Assembly: GCA_047651235.1 (NCBI GenBank)
Contig: CP178758.1
Coordinates: forward strand, 2,610,001 to 2,642,000
Length of the DNA stretch: 32,000 nt
Source: Candidatus Electrothrix yaqonensis
Lineage (GTDB): Bacteria; Desulfobacterota; Desulfobulbia; Desulfobulbales; Desulfobulbaceae
Direction of reading: 5' to 3'
Positions within the stretch are counted from its first letter, which is position 1. The number at the start of each line of letters is the position of its first letter. Below the pieces are notes generated by a model that saw nothing but the letters and a program-made list of their open reading frames with translations, ran no database searches and was not told where the DNA came from. Below, piece after piece: positions 1 through 8,660 of this stretch. The position numbers were made by a program, and so were the translations under genes.

Positions 1-248
1 CAGGTGGACTTGCCTTCACCCAGCGGAGTCGGAGAAATAGCGGTCACGTCAACATACTTGCCGTCCGGCTTATCTTTCAGGCGGTCAAGGATCTTGCGGT
101 AGTCCAGCTTGGCCAGATAATGCCCGTGCGGCAGCAGTTCTTCTTTCTCCAGCCCGAGCTTTTCACCTAGCTCGTACACTGTTTTCATCCTGTTTTCAGC
201 CTCTTCGGCAATTTCCCAGTCAGCGTGTTTGGTCGGGTCTAAAACCAT
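1..248 (-). CDS. fhs: Formate--tetrahydrofolate ligase, N-terminal ~82 codons (gene runs off the window start)
   Basis: Reverse translation from the ATG (CAT at 246-248) gives [82 protein letters not shown]. This matches the conserved FTHFS N-terminus, including the TPxGEGK(S/T)T P-loop. An AGGAGAG SD lies 5 nt upstream. The ORF is missing from the ORF track because it is truncated by the window edge. Confidence 0.85.
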   Translation of the reverse strand, partial: MVLDPTKHADWEIAEEAENRMKTVYELGEKLGLEKEELLPHGHYLAKLDYRKILDRLKDKPDGKYVDVTAISPTPLGEGKST

Positions 249-714
249 GATGGCTCTCCTGTTATAAGTTAATAATTAAAAGGGTTGCAATGTTGATGTC
301 AGCGGCCGGATACAACAGGGACACGCGGGTTCAGAGAAAATGCGTGACCTGAACAGTGAACCCGGAATGAGAAAAACAATTCTTTTACTGGATTTAGAGC
401 CTATTGTCAACAGATTAGTCGGCAGCTCCACATTCCTGTGTCCTTGACCGGGACAATTTTGTCGGAGAGGGGCAGGAAAAAGGGTAGTCCTGCAACGAGG
501 TGATGATTTCAAAAATGGCAGCAGCGGACTCCCGCAATGGCGGCGGGACTGACTGATGGCGCTGAAAGAACTGTTTACAACAGTCGTTATTAGAAAGCAA
601 CATTCTATGGGGGTGACTACCTTCTGCCGAATCCTGCTAAAAATTTCCTGCACACCATAAAAGAACACAAGGCAAAGGTTGCGGAGGTGCAGGTCAGGGA
701 CGCAGGAGGGGACG

Positions 715-1251
715 GTGAGCAGAGAACTGCACCCGGAAATCCTCAGACATTTTCGCACAACATCCTTCAGCACTCCGGTCATCGGCATCACCGGAGGCAA
801 GGGCGGAGTGGCAAAACAACCATAGCTGCTAATCTGGCAGCTGCCTTTGCTGCTCTGGGCAAAAAAACTGCTGGTCCGGGTGGTTGCCGGAGAACTGGGC
901 ATCGGCTGCCCGGTGATTGCGGCACTCAAAGGCTCTGATTACGTCCTGCTGGTCACTGAACCGACGCTGTCCGCCCTGAGCGATCTGCAGCGGATCATGG
1001 AAGTGGTGCGCGGTTTCAGGATACCTGCTGGAGCAGTGCTCAACCGCTGCGACATGCACGAGGAATCCGCCCGGACAACTCGGCAGTGGCTGCAGGAAAA
1101 CGATCTGCCCTTGCTGGTGGAAATTCCCACGGATCCGTATCTGCCGCAGGCTCTGGCCCAGGGCGACCTTGCTGTAACTCTATATCCGGATGCCCCATCA
1201 TCAGCCGCACTGAAACAACTGTACAATATACTGGAAAATCTGCTTTTCTGA
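715..1251 (+). pseudogene. Decayed MinD/CooC-type P-loop ATPase (two compensating frameshifts plus loss of the central region)
   Basis: GTG at 715 is preceded by AGGAGG (704-709). Frame 1 reads ...VIGITGGKGGV, then a stop (823-825). Frame 3 continues the Walker A as GKTTIAANLAAAFAALGKK. Frame 1 resumes at the A7 run (861-867) as KKLLVRVVAGELGIGCPVIAALKGSDYVLLVTEPTLSALSDLQRI...IPTDPYLPQALAQGD. Only about 10 residues separate the Walker A helix from the GIGCPV/LVTEPT block, where homologues have roughly 80-150 residues (switch I, often a ferredoxin insert). Confidence 0.6.
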
Positions 1252-1371
1252 TCCGGACTGATCCGGAGCTTCCCTGCCGCTTGCTGTATTGCAGTTCAAC
1301 CCTCTCAAAGGACACCCGCCTTTGCCCCTCTCTCTTCTTCCGCTTCCGGGGCGGGTCGTCCGTTTTCTGTC

Positions 1372-1797
1372 TCATCGGATATGACGGACGGACGGGCTGT
1401 CGCAGCACGAGGTCAACTCCTTTACTGCGCCGCAGGGGTATTTAATCTGTACAGACACCTCCCATCTGCAGACAATCTCCTTCTGTATTTTTTCTATGGT
1501 ATTCTCGATATCTTCCCTCTTTTTCAGTCTTGCCATAAGCCTGCCCGCAGGTTGATCTGCAGCCAATACGGAACCCGGTATGACAAGAATAAACGCAGCA
1601 GCGGCAACAGGATCAGGTTTATGCTGTTCATCGTATACATGATCATGATCTTCAACCGGTCGTATTGAGATATGACAATGAAATTTTTCGCTGATGATTT
1701 TTTTTATTTCAGCAGCAGCAACAGCAGCTTCCGGCCCGCTTATGATCACATGAAATCCTTTTTCTTCTAATTGGCACCGCTCATCAGATGGCTTCAT
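1372..1797 (-). CDS. Hypothetical protein (141 aa), no family recognised
   Basis: The ORF starts at MKPSDERCQLEEKGFHVIISG with a GGAGAGGGAA SD directly upstream. It is divergent from the asnB-like gene. The longer track ORF (to 1854) has no SD. Confidence 0.45.
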   Translation of the reverse strand: MKPSDERCQLEEKGFHVIISGPEAAVAAAEIKKIISEKFHCHISIRPVEDHDHVYDEQHKPDPVAAAAFILVIPGSVLAADQPAGRLMARLKKREDIENTIEKIQKEIVCRWEVSVQIKYPCGAVKELTSCCDSPSVRHIR

Positions 1798-1995
1798 TGT
1801 TCCCTCTCCGCTATGTTTTTTCTCCCGCTTTGCTGTAAAAGCACTGGCTCTCAACCGGGCTATCCGTTATTGTCCACGATAGAAGGAAAAAAGTCATACG
1901 GAAAATCAGGAAGACCAGCGTCGTTCACAGGATAACCAGCGGATGTAGCTGTTGCAGAAAATCGGACACCGGATGTTTTTTTCAGATAAACCAGT

Positions 1996-3894
1996 ATGTG
2001 CGGAATAGCAGGTATCTACAGTTACCATTCTGCGGCTCCGGCAGCGGACAGAAAAGAGCTGCGCAGAATCAGAGATCACATGGCGACGCGCGGGCCGGAC
2101 GGCAGCGACGAATGGTTTTCTGCAGACAGACGGGTGGCCTTGGGGCACCGGAGGCTGGCTATTATTGATCTTTCCCAAGATGCAGCCCAGCCGATGAGCA
2201 GCCCGAATGACATGCTGGTTGTCAGTTTTAACGGGGAGATATATAATTATCAGGCACTGCGGGACAGGCTTGAGGCAGAGGGATATCAGTTCCGGACCCG
2301 ATCAGATACCGAGGTTCTGCTGCATCTGTATGCGAAGAAAGGTCCGGCAATGGTGGATGATCTCCGGGGCATGTTTGCCTTTGCCCTTTGGGACGAAAGA
2401 CAGAAAAAATTGCTTCTGGCCCGTGACCCCTATGGTATAAAGCCGCTCTATTATGCAGATAACGGGCGGACCCTGCGTTTTGCTTCTCAGGTCAAGGCAC
2501 TCATGGCAGGCGGCAGGATATCCCGGACTGTGGAACCGGCAGGCGTAGCCGGATTGTACCTGTTCGGCAGCGTGCCGGAACCCTGGACTCTGTACCAGGA
2601 CATCCGTTCAGTGCCTGCAGGCAGTTATATTCTGGCGGATGAGACTGGGATGTCTCCGCCGGTACAGTATTTTTCCCCAGCGGCCACCTGGACAGATGCG
2701 CTGAAAAATGTACCGGAAGGGCAGCTGAACGAAGAGGATATACAGAAGCAGATCCGTGCTGCGGTGCTGGATTCTGTCCGGCATCATATGGTGGCGGATG
2801 TGCCAGTCGGGGCCTTTCTTTCTGCCGGGATTGACTCCGGAACCCTTGTTGCCCTGATGTCTGAGACAGGCACGGTCAGGCATACTGACAGGCATTCTCT
2901 GAACACCATCACGCTCGCCTTTCAGGAGTTTGAGGGACAGCATGAAAATGAAACGCTGCCAGCCCGTCAGATTGCGGAACAATACGGCACTGAGCATGTC
3001 ACCCGTCTGGTGACTGAACAGGAATTCCGGCAGGATCTGCCCACCATCCTTGCGGCGATGGACCAGCCCAGCATTGACGGGATCAATACGTGGTTCGTTG
3101 CCAAGGCGGCAAAGGAGCAGGGCCTGAAAGTGGCGGTGTCCGGGCTGGGCGGAGATGAGCTGTTCGGTGGTTATCCCTCGTTTACAGATATTCCGAGATG
3201 GGTCAGCAGGCTGTCCATTGCCTCAAAAATTCCTCTGGCCGGTCGGCTGTTCCGCAAGGGATATACTGCGTACAGAAGGATGTACCCTGCAGCTGGCCCG
3301 AAACTGGCAGGCCTGCTGGAATACGGAGGAACCTGGGCCGGAGCCTGGCTCCTTCGAAGAGGCATATTCATGCCCTGGGAGCTTCAGGAACTCATGGGGC
3401 GGGAACAGGCAGAAGCCGGACTGGAACGGCTGCAGCCGCTGCAGCATATCGCCTCTCTGCTGCAACCGGAACCGGAATCTGCGTTCGCCAAAGTCGCTGT
3501 CCTGGAGAGCAGTCTGTACATGCGCAATCAGCTCCTGCGGGATGCCGACTGGGCCGGGATGGCCCACTCTCTGGAGATTCGGGTGCCGCTGGTAGACGCT
3601 GTCCTGTTTCAGCGGATTGCCCGGCTGATTTCTTCTGTCGGAGAAGGCAGGGGACAAGAACAATGGAAACGCTGGCTTGGCAGAACACCGCATCGCAGTC
3701 TTCCGCACGAAATTTTAAACAGAACAAAGACGGGTTTCAGTATACCGATGGACAAGTGGATCAGGCACCTGCATGCTGCCGGTGAATCTGCTCCGGCCCT
3801 GCCGGAAAAACATGAAAAACACACTCCCTGGGCCAGAACATGGGTGCAGTATATTCTGAGCAGGTATCAGGACAGAGGACAGTATGGGGCTTGA
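1996..3894 (+). CDS. asnB: Asparagine synthase (glutamine-hydrolysing)-type amidotransferase, AsnB family
   Basis: The N-terminus MCGIAGIY carries the Ntn catalytic Cys2. Other motifs are the GATase-II region (HRRLAIIDLS, FNGEIYNY, SDTEVLL) and the synthetase PP-loop region (VGAFLSAGIDSG, SGLGGDELFGGY). Length is 632 aa. Confidence 0.85.
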   Translation: MCGIAGIYSYHSAAPAADRKELRRIRDHMATRGPDGSDEWFSADRRVALGHRRLAIIDLSQDAAQPMSSPNDMLVVSFNGEIYNYQALRDRLEAEGYQFRTRSDTEVLLHLYAKKGPAMVDDLRGMFAFALWDERQKKLLLARDPYGIKPLYYADNGRTLRFASQVKALMAGGRISRTVEPAGVAGLYLFGSVPEPWTLYQDIRSVPAGSYILADETGMSPPVQYFSPAATWTDALKNVPEGQLNEEDIQKQIRAAVLDSVRHHMVADVPVGAFLSAGIDSGTLVALMSETGTVRHTDRHSLNTITLAFQEFEGQHENETLPARQIAEQYGTEHVTRLVTEQEFRQDLPTILAAMDQPSIDGINTWFVAKAAKEQGLKVAVSGLGGDELFGGYPSFTDIPRWVSRLSIASKIPLAGRLFRKGYTAYRRMYPAAGPKLAGLLEYGGTWAGAWLLRRGIFMPWELQELMGREQAEAGLERLQPLQHIASLLQPEPESAFAKVAVLESSLYMRNQLLRDADWAGMAHSLEIRVPLVDAVLFQRIARLISSVGEGRGQEQWKRWLGRTPHRSLPHEILNRTKTGFSIPMDKWIRHLHAAGESAPALPEKHEKHTPWARTWVQYILSRYQDRGQYGA

Positions 3895-3900
3895 CAGGTA

Positions 3901-5616
3901 ATGAAGGATCTGCGTTCTTTGCTCAAAATGCTTGAAACTATGCTGTCGCACAGGGGCAGGCGGCTGTTTATCCGGGTGGTCTTTTTTTCCGCCTTTGCTT
4001 CCCTTGTCGATGCAGTCAGCGTGTCGCTGATGGCACCGTTTCTTGCGGTTGCAACGGATTTCAGTTTTATTCATACCAACCCTGTTACCTCCAATCTTTT
4101 TACGTTTTTTTCCTTTCAGAATGAAGCAGCATTTGTTGCTGCCCTGGGCATAACGATCCTGGCTGTCTATTGTTTCAGAGCAGTTATCAGTCTGCTCACG
4201 GCCTACCTGATCGCCCGGTTCAGTTACGGGCAGTACAGTCATATTGCCATGCGGCTGTTTTCCGGTTATCTGCATTACCCCTTTACTCAGTACACGAAAC
4301 GCAATACCAGTGACCTGACCAAGGCTGTCATGGTGGAAGCCAACCAGATTACCCAAGTGTTTTCAGGGCTGCTGACCATTGCCACAGAGCTGTTGGTTTT
4401 TATTCTGTTGTACGGTATCATGCTGTTCACGAACTGGCAGGGCACCCTGCTGATTACCGCAGTTCTCGGCTCTGTTGCGTTTGTGCTGATCCGTTCAGTG
4501 ACGGAAAAAACAAAGCAGGCCGGTACCCAACGGGTCGATGCTGGCGGTAAAATGTTCCGGATACTCAGCAGCGCCTTCGGCAGCTTCCGCATGTTAAAGC
4601 TGCAGTCGGCTGAAAATGCTGCTTTAACCGGTTTCAGGCAATCCTGCCAGGATTTTTCACGTCACTTTACAGCTATAGGAACTCTGCATAACATTCCGCG
4701 CTTAGGCTTGGAACTGGCAGGATTCGGCCTGTTGATTTTTGCTCTGACAGTGTATATCGGCGTGCAAAAGACTGATATTCAAGCGCTGCTTCCGGTCTTC
4801 AGCCTGTTTGCTGTTGCCTTATACCGCCTGATGCCGTCAATAAACCGGATTGCAACCTCCTGGAATCAGATTCTTGCCGGTGCCGAGTCGCTTCGTGTTG
4901 TATATAATGAACTGCATCAGCCAATGGAAGAACTCGGAGATGAAGATATCTCCTTTGATCAGGAAATCATCCTTGAAAACCTAGGCTTTGCCTATGAAGC
5001 AACCTGTCCTGTTCTGCAGAACGTGAATCTGAAGATCAGGAAAGGGGAGCGGATTGCGATTGTCGGGGAGAGCGGTCATGGGAAGAGCACCCTGCTTGAT
5101 CTCATTATCGGTCTGCTGCCGCCAACACAGGGCCGGATAACTGTGGACAGCACAGAAATAACAGACGAAAATCTTCGCTCCTGGCGCAGAAAGATCGGCT
5201 ATATTCCCCAGACAGTCTACCTCTTTGACGGAACTGTGCGGGAAAATGTCGTTTTCGGGCGTCAATACGATGAAGCACATCTGCGCAGGGTTTTGCGGCA
5301 GGCAAATATCTGGCATTTTCTTGAGACAAAAGAAGGGACTGAGACAATGGTCGGCGATGCCGGTGTGATGCTCAGCGGCGGTCAGTGCCAGCGCATCGCG
5401 ATAGCCCGGGCATTATACGGGAACCCGGAAGTGCTTGTTCTGGACGAGGCGACATCAGGACTGGATATTGAAACAGAAAGAAAGATCCTGCAGGAAATTC
5501 GACAGATCGGTGCAGGAACGACTGTTATTACGGTCACACATCGGCGCTCCTCTGTTGATGCCGGGCAGATTGTATATCAATTGGACAGCAAAAACCTCTG
5601 TCAATTAGAAGTATAA
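3901..5616 (+). CDS. ABC exporter, fused permease/ATPase (MsbA-like type I exporter)
   Basis: The N-terminal half is hydrophobic with about six TM segments. Motifs are Walker A GESGHGKST, signature LSGGQCQRIAIARAL and Walker B VLVLDEATSGLD. It starts 6 nt after the asnB-like stop. Confidence 0.85.
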   Translation: MKDLRSLLKMLETMLSHRGRRLFIRVVFFSAFASLVDAVSVSLMAPFLAVATDFSFIHTNPVTSNLFTFFSFQNEAAFVAALGITILAVYCFRAVISLLTAYLIARFSYGQYSHIAMRLFSGYLHYPFTQYTKRNTSDLTKAVMVEANQITQVFSGLLTIATELLVFILLYGIMLFTNWQGTLLITAVLGSVAFVLIRSVTEKTKQAGTQRVDAGGKMFRILSSAFGSFRMLKLQSAENAALTGFRQSCQDFSRHFTAIGTLHNIPRLGLELAGFGLLIFALTVYIGVQKTDIQALLPVFSLFAVALYRLMPSINRIATSWNQILAGAESLRVVYNELHQPMEELGDEDISFDQEIILENLGFAYEATCPVLQNVNLKIRKGERIAIVGESGHGKSTLLDLIIGLLPPTQGRITVDSTEITDENLRSWRRKIGYIPQTVYLFDGTVRENVVFGRQYDEAHLRRVLRQANIWHFLETKEGTETMVGDAGVMLSGGQCQRIAIARALYGNPEVLVLDEATSGLDIETERKILQEIRQIGAGTTVITVTHRRSSVDAGQIVYQLDSKNLCQLEV

Positions 5617-5671
5617 CAACGAGAGCTTCTGTCCATCAGGATCTGTTTATCCGACATGTCTACATATCGCC

Positions 5672-6832
5672 ATGAAAGTAGGATACTTTACACATACAAC
5701 AATTTTCCCTTCGGAAACCTTCATATACGATTTAATCCATTCGTTATCTGAAATTAACGAATCCCTTGTTTTTTATTGCGGGTCTAATAATATTAAAGAA
5801 AAAAGTATTAATTCTATCGCTGTCGGATATTCAGACAGCATAAAAATGCTCCCTTATTATGGGTATAAAATAGCAAGAGTCTTTTCTTTAAACGGGTATT
5901 TGATCAAGTTTAAGCTTCAGGAAGCAATAGCTTATTCCTGCTTGAAGCAGATAAAAAATCTTCCTAATGTAGCATATATTGACTATGCGAACTCTGCTGT
6001 TCTTTTACGAAAATTTCTTGTCAAACATGGTGTCCCGTATATTCTGCATGTTCATGGGTACGACGTGACAGGAGCGGTTAATGATCCTGTATATAAAAAA
6101 GAAGTGATTAAAACCTGCTCTGATGCCTACGCTGTCATCGCAGCATCTGAACATATAAAAAGAATTCTTATCCTCATCGGCTGCAACGAGGATAAGATTC
6201 ATGTAATACGCTATGGCGTGAAAAGAGACCATATTAATCCGTTAACGTGGTTGGAAAGGATAAAAAATGGGCCGACAATCATCAGCGTAGGACGGCTGAC
6301 CGCAAAGAAAAACCCTATCGCACTCCTGCATGCTTTTAAAATTGTACAAAAAGAAATACCTGATACCATTATGACAATTATTGGAGATGGTCCTTTAAAA
6401 AAAGAGGTGATAAAACGGATTGATCAGTTAGGATTGTCAAAACAGATCAGGATGCTTGGCGAAATTGGAAGAGAGGAGTGTTTTTCTGAACTGAACAGGC
6501 ATTGGGTCTACGCACAGCATAGCGTTACAGGACCGGACGGGGATCAGGAAGGATTTGCGATCAGTCCGGCAGAGGCTGCACTGCATGGTTTACCTGTTGT
6601 CTCCACGTGGCATAATGGAATTCCTGAACATGTTATTCACAACAAGACCGGAATATTGGTGCAGGAATTCGACTATGAAGCAATGGCAGAGGCGATTATT
6701 CGGCTCTTAAGAGATCCTGAATTATCAGAAAGAATGGGGAGAGAAGGGAGAGAGAATATCACGCGACTTTGTGATCATAAAAAACGCGTTGAAGCAATTC
6801 AATTACTTCTGGAGAATGCGCTTGCAGGGTAA
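5672..6832 (+). CDS. Glycosyltransferase family 4 (GT-B, RfaB-like)
   Basis: The C-terminal GT1/GT4 signature region reads GRLTAKKNP...IIGDGPLK...SVTGPDGDQEGFAISPAEAALHGLPVVST...TGILV. The gene is markedly AT-rich (about 32-37% GC on the lines I counted) compared with its flanks. Confidence 0.8.
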   Translation: MKVGYFTHTTIFPSETFIYDLIHSLSEINESLVFYCGSNNIKEKSINSIAVGYSDSIKMLPYYGYKIARVFSLNGYLIKFKLQEAIAYSCLKQIKNLPNVAYIDYANSAVLLRKFLVKHGVPYILHVHGYDVTGAVNDPVYKKEVIKTCSDAYAVIAASEHIKRILILIGCNEDKIHVIRYGVKRDHINPLTWLERIKNGPTIISVGRLTAKKNPIALLHAFKIVQKEIPDTIMTIIGDGPLKKEVIKRIDQLGLSKQIRMLGEIGREECFSELNRHWVYAQHSVTGPDGDQEGFAISPAEAALHGLPVVSTWHNGIPEHVIHNKTGILVQEFDYEAMAEAIIRLLRDPELSERMGREGRENITRLCDHKKRVEAIQLLLENALAG

Positions 6833-6891
6833 GCCATAAGTAAAACAGGTGCAACTTTTATGTGCCAAGAAGGGATCTCCTGGAGGAGACT

Positions 6892-6957
6892 ATGAAATTA
6901 TCAATAAAAAGTTCTTGCCGTTGCGCGGATCGGGGGATGAACTGCAATCCATCATGA
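6892..6957 (+). CDS. Possible 21-aa upstream ORF (MKLSIKSSCRCADRGMNCNPS) coupled to the ligase start
   Basis: A GGAGGAG SD (6882-6888) lies 3 nt before the ATG at 6892. Its TGA stop (6955-6957) overlaps the ligase ATG (6954-6956) as ATGA. There is no homology evidence. Confidence 0.25.
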   Translation: MKLSIKSSCRCADRGMNCNPS

Positions 6958-8600
6958 CCAACTGCAATATCGGCGCAGCCCTGCACAAGGCCGCTGCGGA
7001 GCGTAAAGACGCCGTCGCCCTGGTAACAGGCAAAAACGGCAAGTATCAGCAATGGACCTTTCAGGAGGTGCTGGCCAACAGCAACCGTTATGCCAATGCC
7101 CTGCAGGCCAAAGGCGTGCGGCGCGGCGACCGGGTCATGCTCATGGTCCGGCCGTCCATGGAGTTCATCTGCCTAACCTTTGCCCTGTTTCAGCTCGGCG
7201 CAGTGGTCATTCTGATCGATCCGGGCATGGGCTACAAAAACCTGCTCCGCTGTATCGGTTCGGTGCAGCCCGCTGTCCTGATCGCCATTCCCCAGGTGCA
7301 TCTTTTTTCCCGCCTGTTCCGCAAACCCTTTGCCACGGTGCGCCATCGTATTGTTGTCGGCCCTACGTTATGCGGTCTTTGCGGCACCGGACTGCAGGCA
7401 GCTGTGCGAAATACAGGAAATGCTGGTGATGAATTTACTGCGGTGAGCACGACGGAAGACGAACTGGCTGCCATCATCTTTACCACCGGTTCCACCGGCC
7501 CGCCCAAGGGCGTGCAGTACACCCACGGCATCTTTTTTCATCAGCTCCGCCTGATCCGCGATTATTACGGCATCGGCCCCGGGGATGTGGATCAGCCCGG
7601 TTTCCCGCTTTTCGGCCTGTTTGCCACAGCACTGGGAGCGGCAGCGGTGATCCCGGACATGGACCCGACCCGCCCGGCTGAGGTTGATCCGGCCAAGTTT
7701 ATCCGTTCCATCAGGGACTGGCAGGTCAGTTATTCATTCGGCTCTCCGGCCATCTGGAACGTGGTCAGCCGCTACTGCATTGAGCAGGAGATTACCCTGC
7801 CGGTGCGCAAAATCCTTATGGCCGGTGCCCCGGTGCCGGGCGAGCTGATTGAACGGGTGCAGCGCATCATGCCGCCGGACGGGGAAATTTATACGCCCTA
7901 TGGCGCCACGGAAAGCCTGCCCTCCGCCTCCATGACGGGACGGGAAATTCTGACGGAGACCTGGCCGCAGACACGCATCGGTAAAGGTACCTGTGTCGGC
8001 AAAGCGCTGCCCGGCATGAGCATTCAGATCATCGAGTCGAAGGATGTACCGCTCAACGATTGGAGCGAAGCACAACCGTTGCCAGCCAATACCATCGGTG
8101 AGATCGCGGTGAAAGGGCCGGTGGTGACCAGGGCTTATGATCATAATGAAAAAGAAACCCGGATGGCGAAAATCCCGGATGCAGACGGGTTCCGGCACCG
8201 CATGGGAGATATGGGCTATCTGGATGACCAAGGCAGGCTCTGGTTCTGCGGCCGCAAAGCCCACCGGGTGCTGACTGCTGAAGGCCCGATGTATACCATC
8301 TGCTGTGAGGCCATCTTCAACGAGCATCCGGATGTATTCCGCTCCGCTCTGGTCGGGATCGGTCTCCCCGGTGAACAGCGACCGGTACTGACGGTCCAGC
8401 TGCATGGAAAAAAGGTAAACGAGGAGCGCTTCTGTGCAGAACTGCGGCAGCTGGGCGCGGCCAACCCTCTGACCAGCCGGATTGACACCTTTATGATCTT
8501 CTCCTCCTTTCCCGTAGATATCCGGCATAATGCCAAGATTTTTCGGGAAAAGCTGGCTGTCTGGGTGCAGCAGCGGTTAGAGTGCCAGAACGGCCTCTGA
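6954..8600 (+). CDS. AMP-dependent synthetase/ligase (fatty-acyl-AMP/CoA ligase family)
   Basis: Adenylate-forming core motifs are IIFTTGSTGPPKGV, TPYGATE, GEIAVKGPVVTRAY and RMGDMGYLDDQGRLWFCGRKAHRV. I chose the start at MTNCNIGAALHKAA because family N-termini begin about there. The track ORF from GTG 6849 adds 35 residues that look unrelated. Confidence 0.8.
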   Translation: MTNCNIGAALHKAAAERKDAVALVTGKNGKYQQWTFQEVLANSNRYANALQAKGVRRGDRVMLMVRPSMEFICLTFALFQLGAVVILIDPGMGYKNLLRCIGSVQPAVLIAIPQVHLFSRLFRKPFATVRHRIVVGPTLCGLCGTGLQAAVRNTGNAGDEFTAVSTTEDELAAIIFTTGSTGPPKGVQYTHGIFFHQLRLIRDYYGIGPGDVDQPGFPLFGLFATALGAAAVIPDMDPTRPAEVDPAKFIRSIRDWQVSYSFGSPAIWNVVSRYCIEQEITLPVRKILMAGAPVPGELIERVQRIMPPDGEIYTPYGATESLPSASMTGREILTETWPQTRIGKGTCVGKALPGMSIQIIESKDVPLNDWSEAQPLPANTIGEIAVKGPVVTRAYDHNEKETRMAKIPDADGFRHRMGDMGYLDDQGRLWFCGRKAHRVLTAEGPMYTICCEAIFNEHPDVFRSALVGIGLPGEQRPVLTVQLHGKKVNEERFCAELRQLGAANPLTSRIDTFMIFSSFPVDIRHNAKIFREKLAVWVQQRLECQNGL

Positions 8601-8660
8601 AGGTAATCAGGGCATGGAGGTTCCGTGCTGGACGGCTTCGGCCTGATCGCCTTTGCCTCC

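Noticed and set aside
276-929. 217-aa minus-strand ORF, and the 62-aa ORF at 415-603
   Set aside because: The composition is Ser/Pro/Cys/Thr-skewed and low-complexity, with no SD. It overlaps the ATPase pseudogene on the other strand. It is most likely a chance open frame in decayed sequence.
5617-6850. Mobile element carrying the AT-rich GT4 gene
   Set aside because: No inverted or direct flanking repeats, transposase or integrase are visible. Compositional anomaly alone does not justify a mobile-element call.
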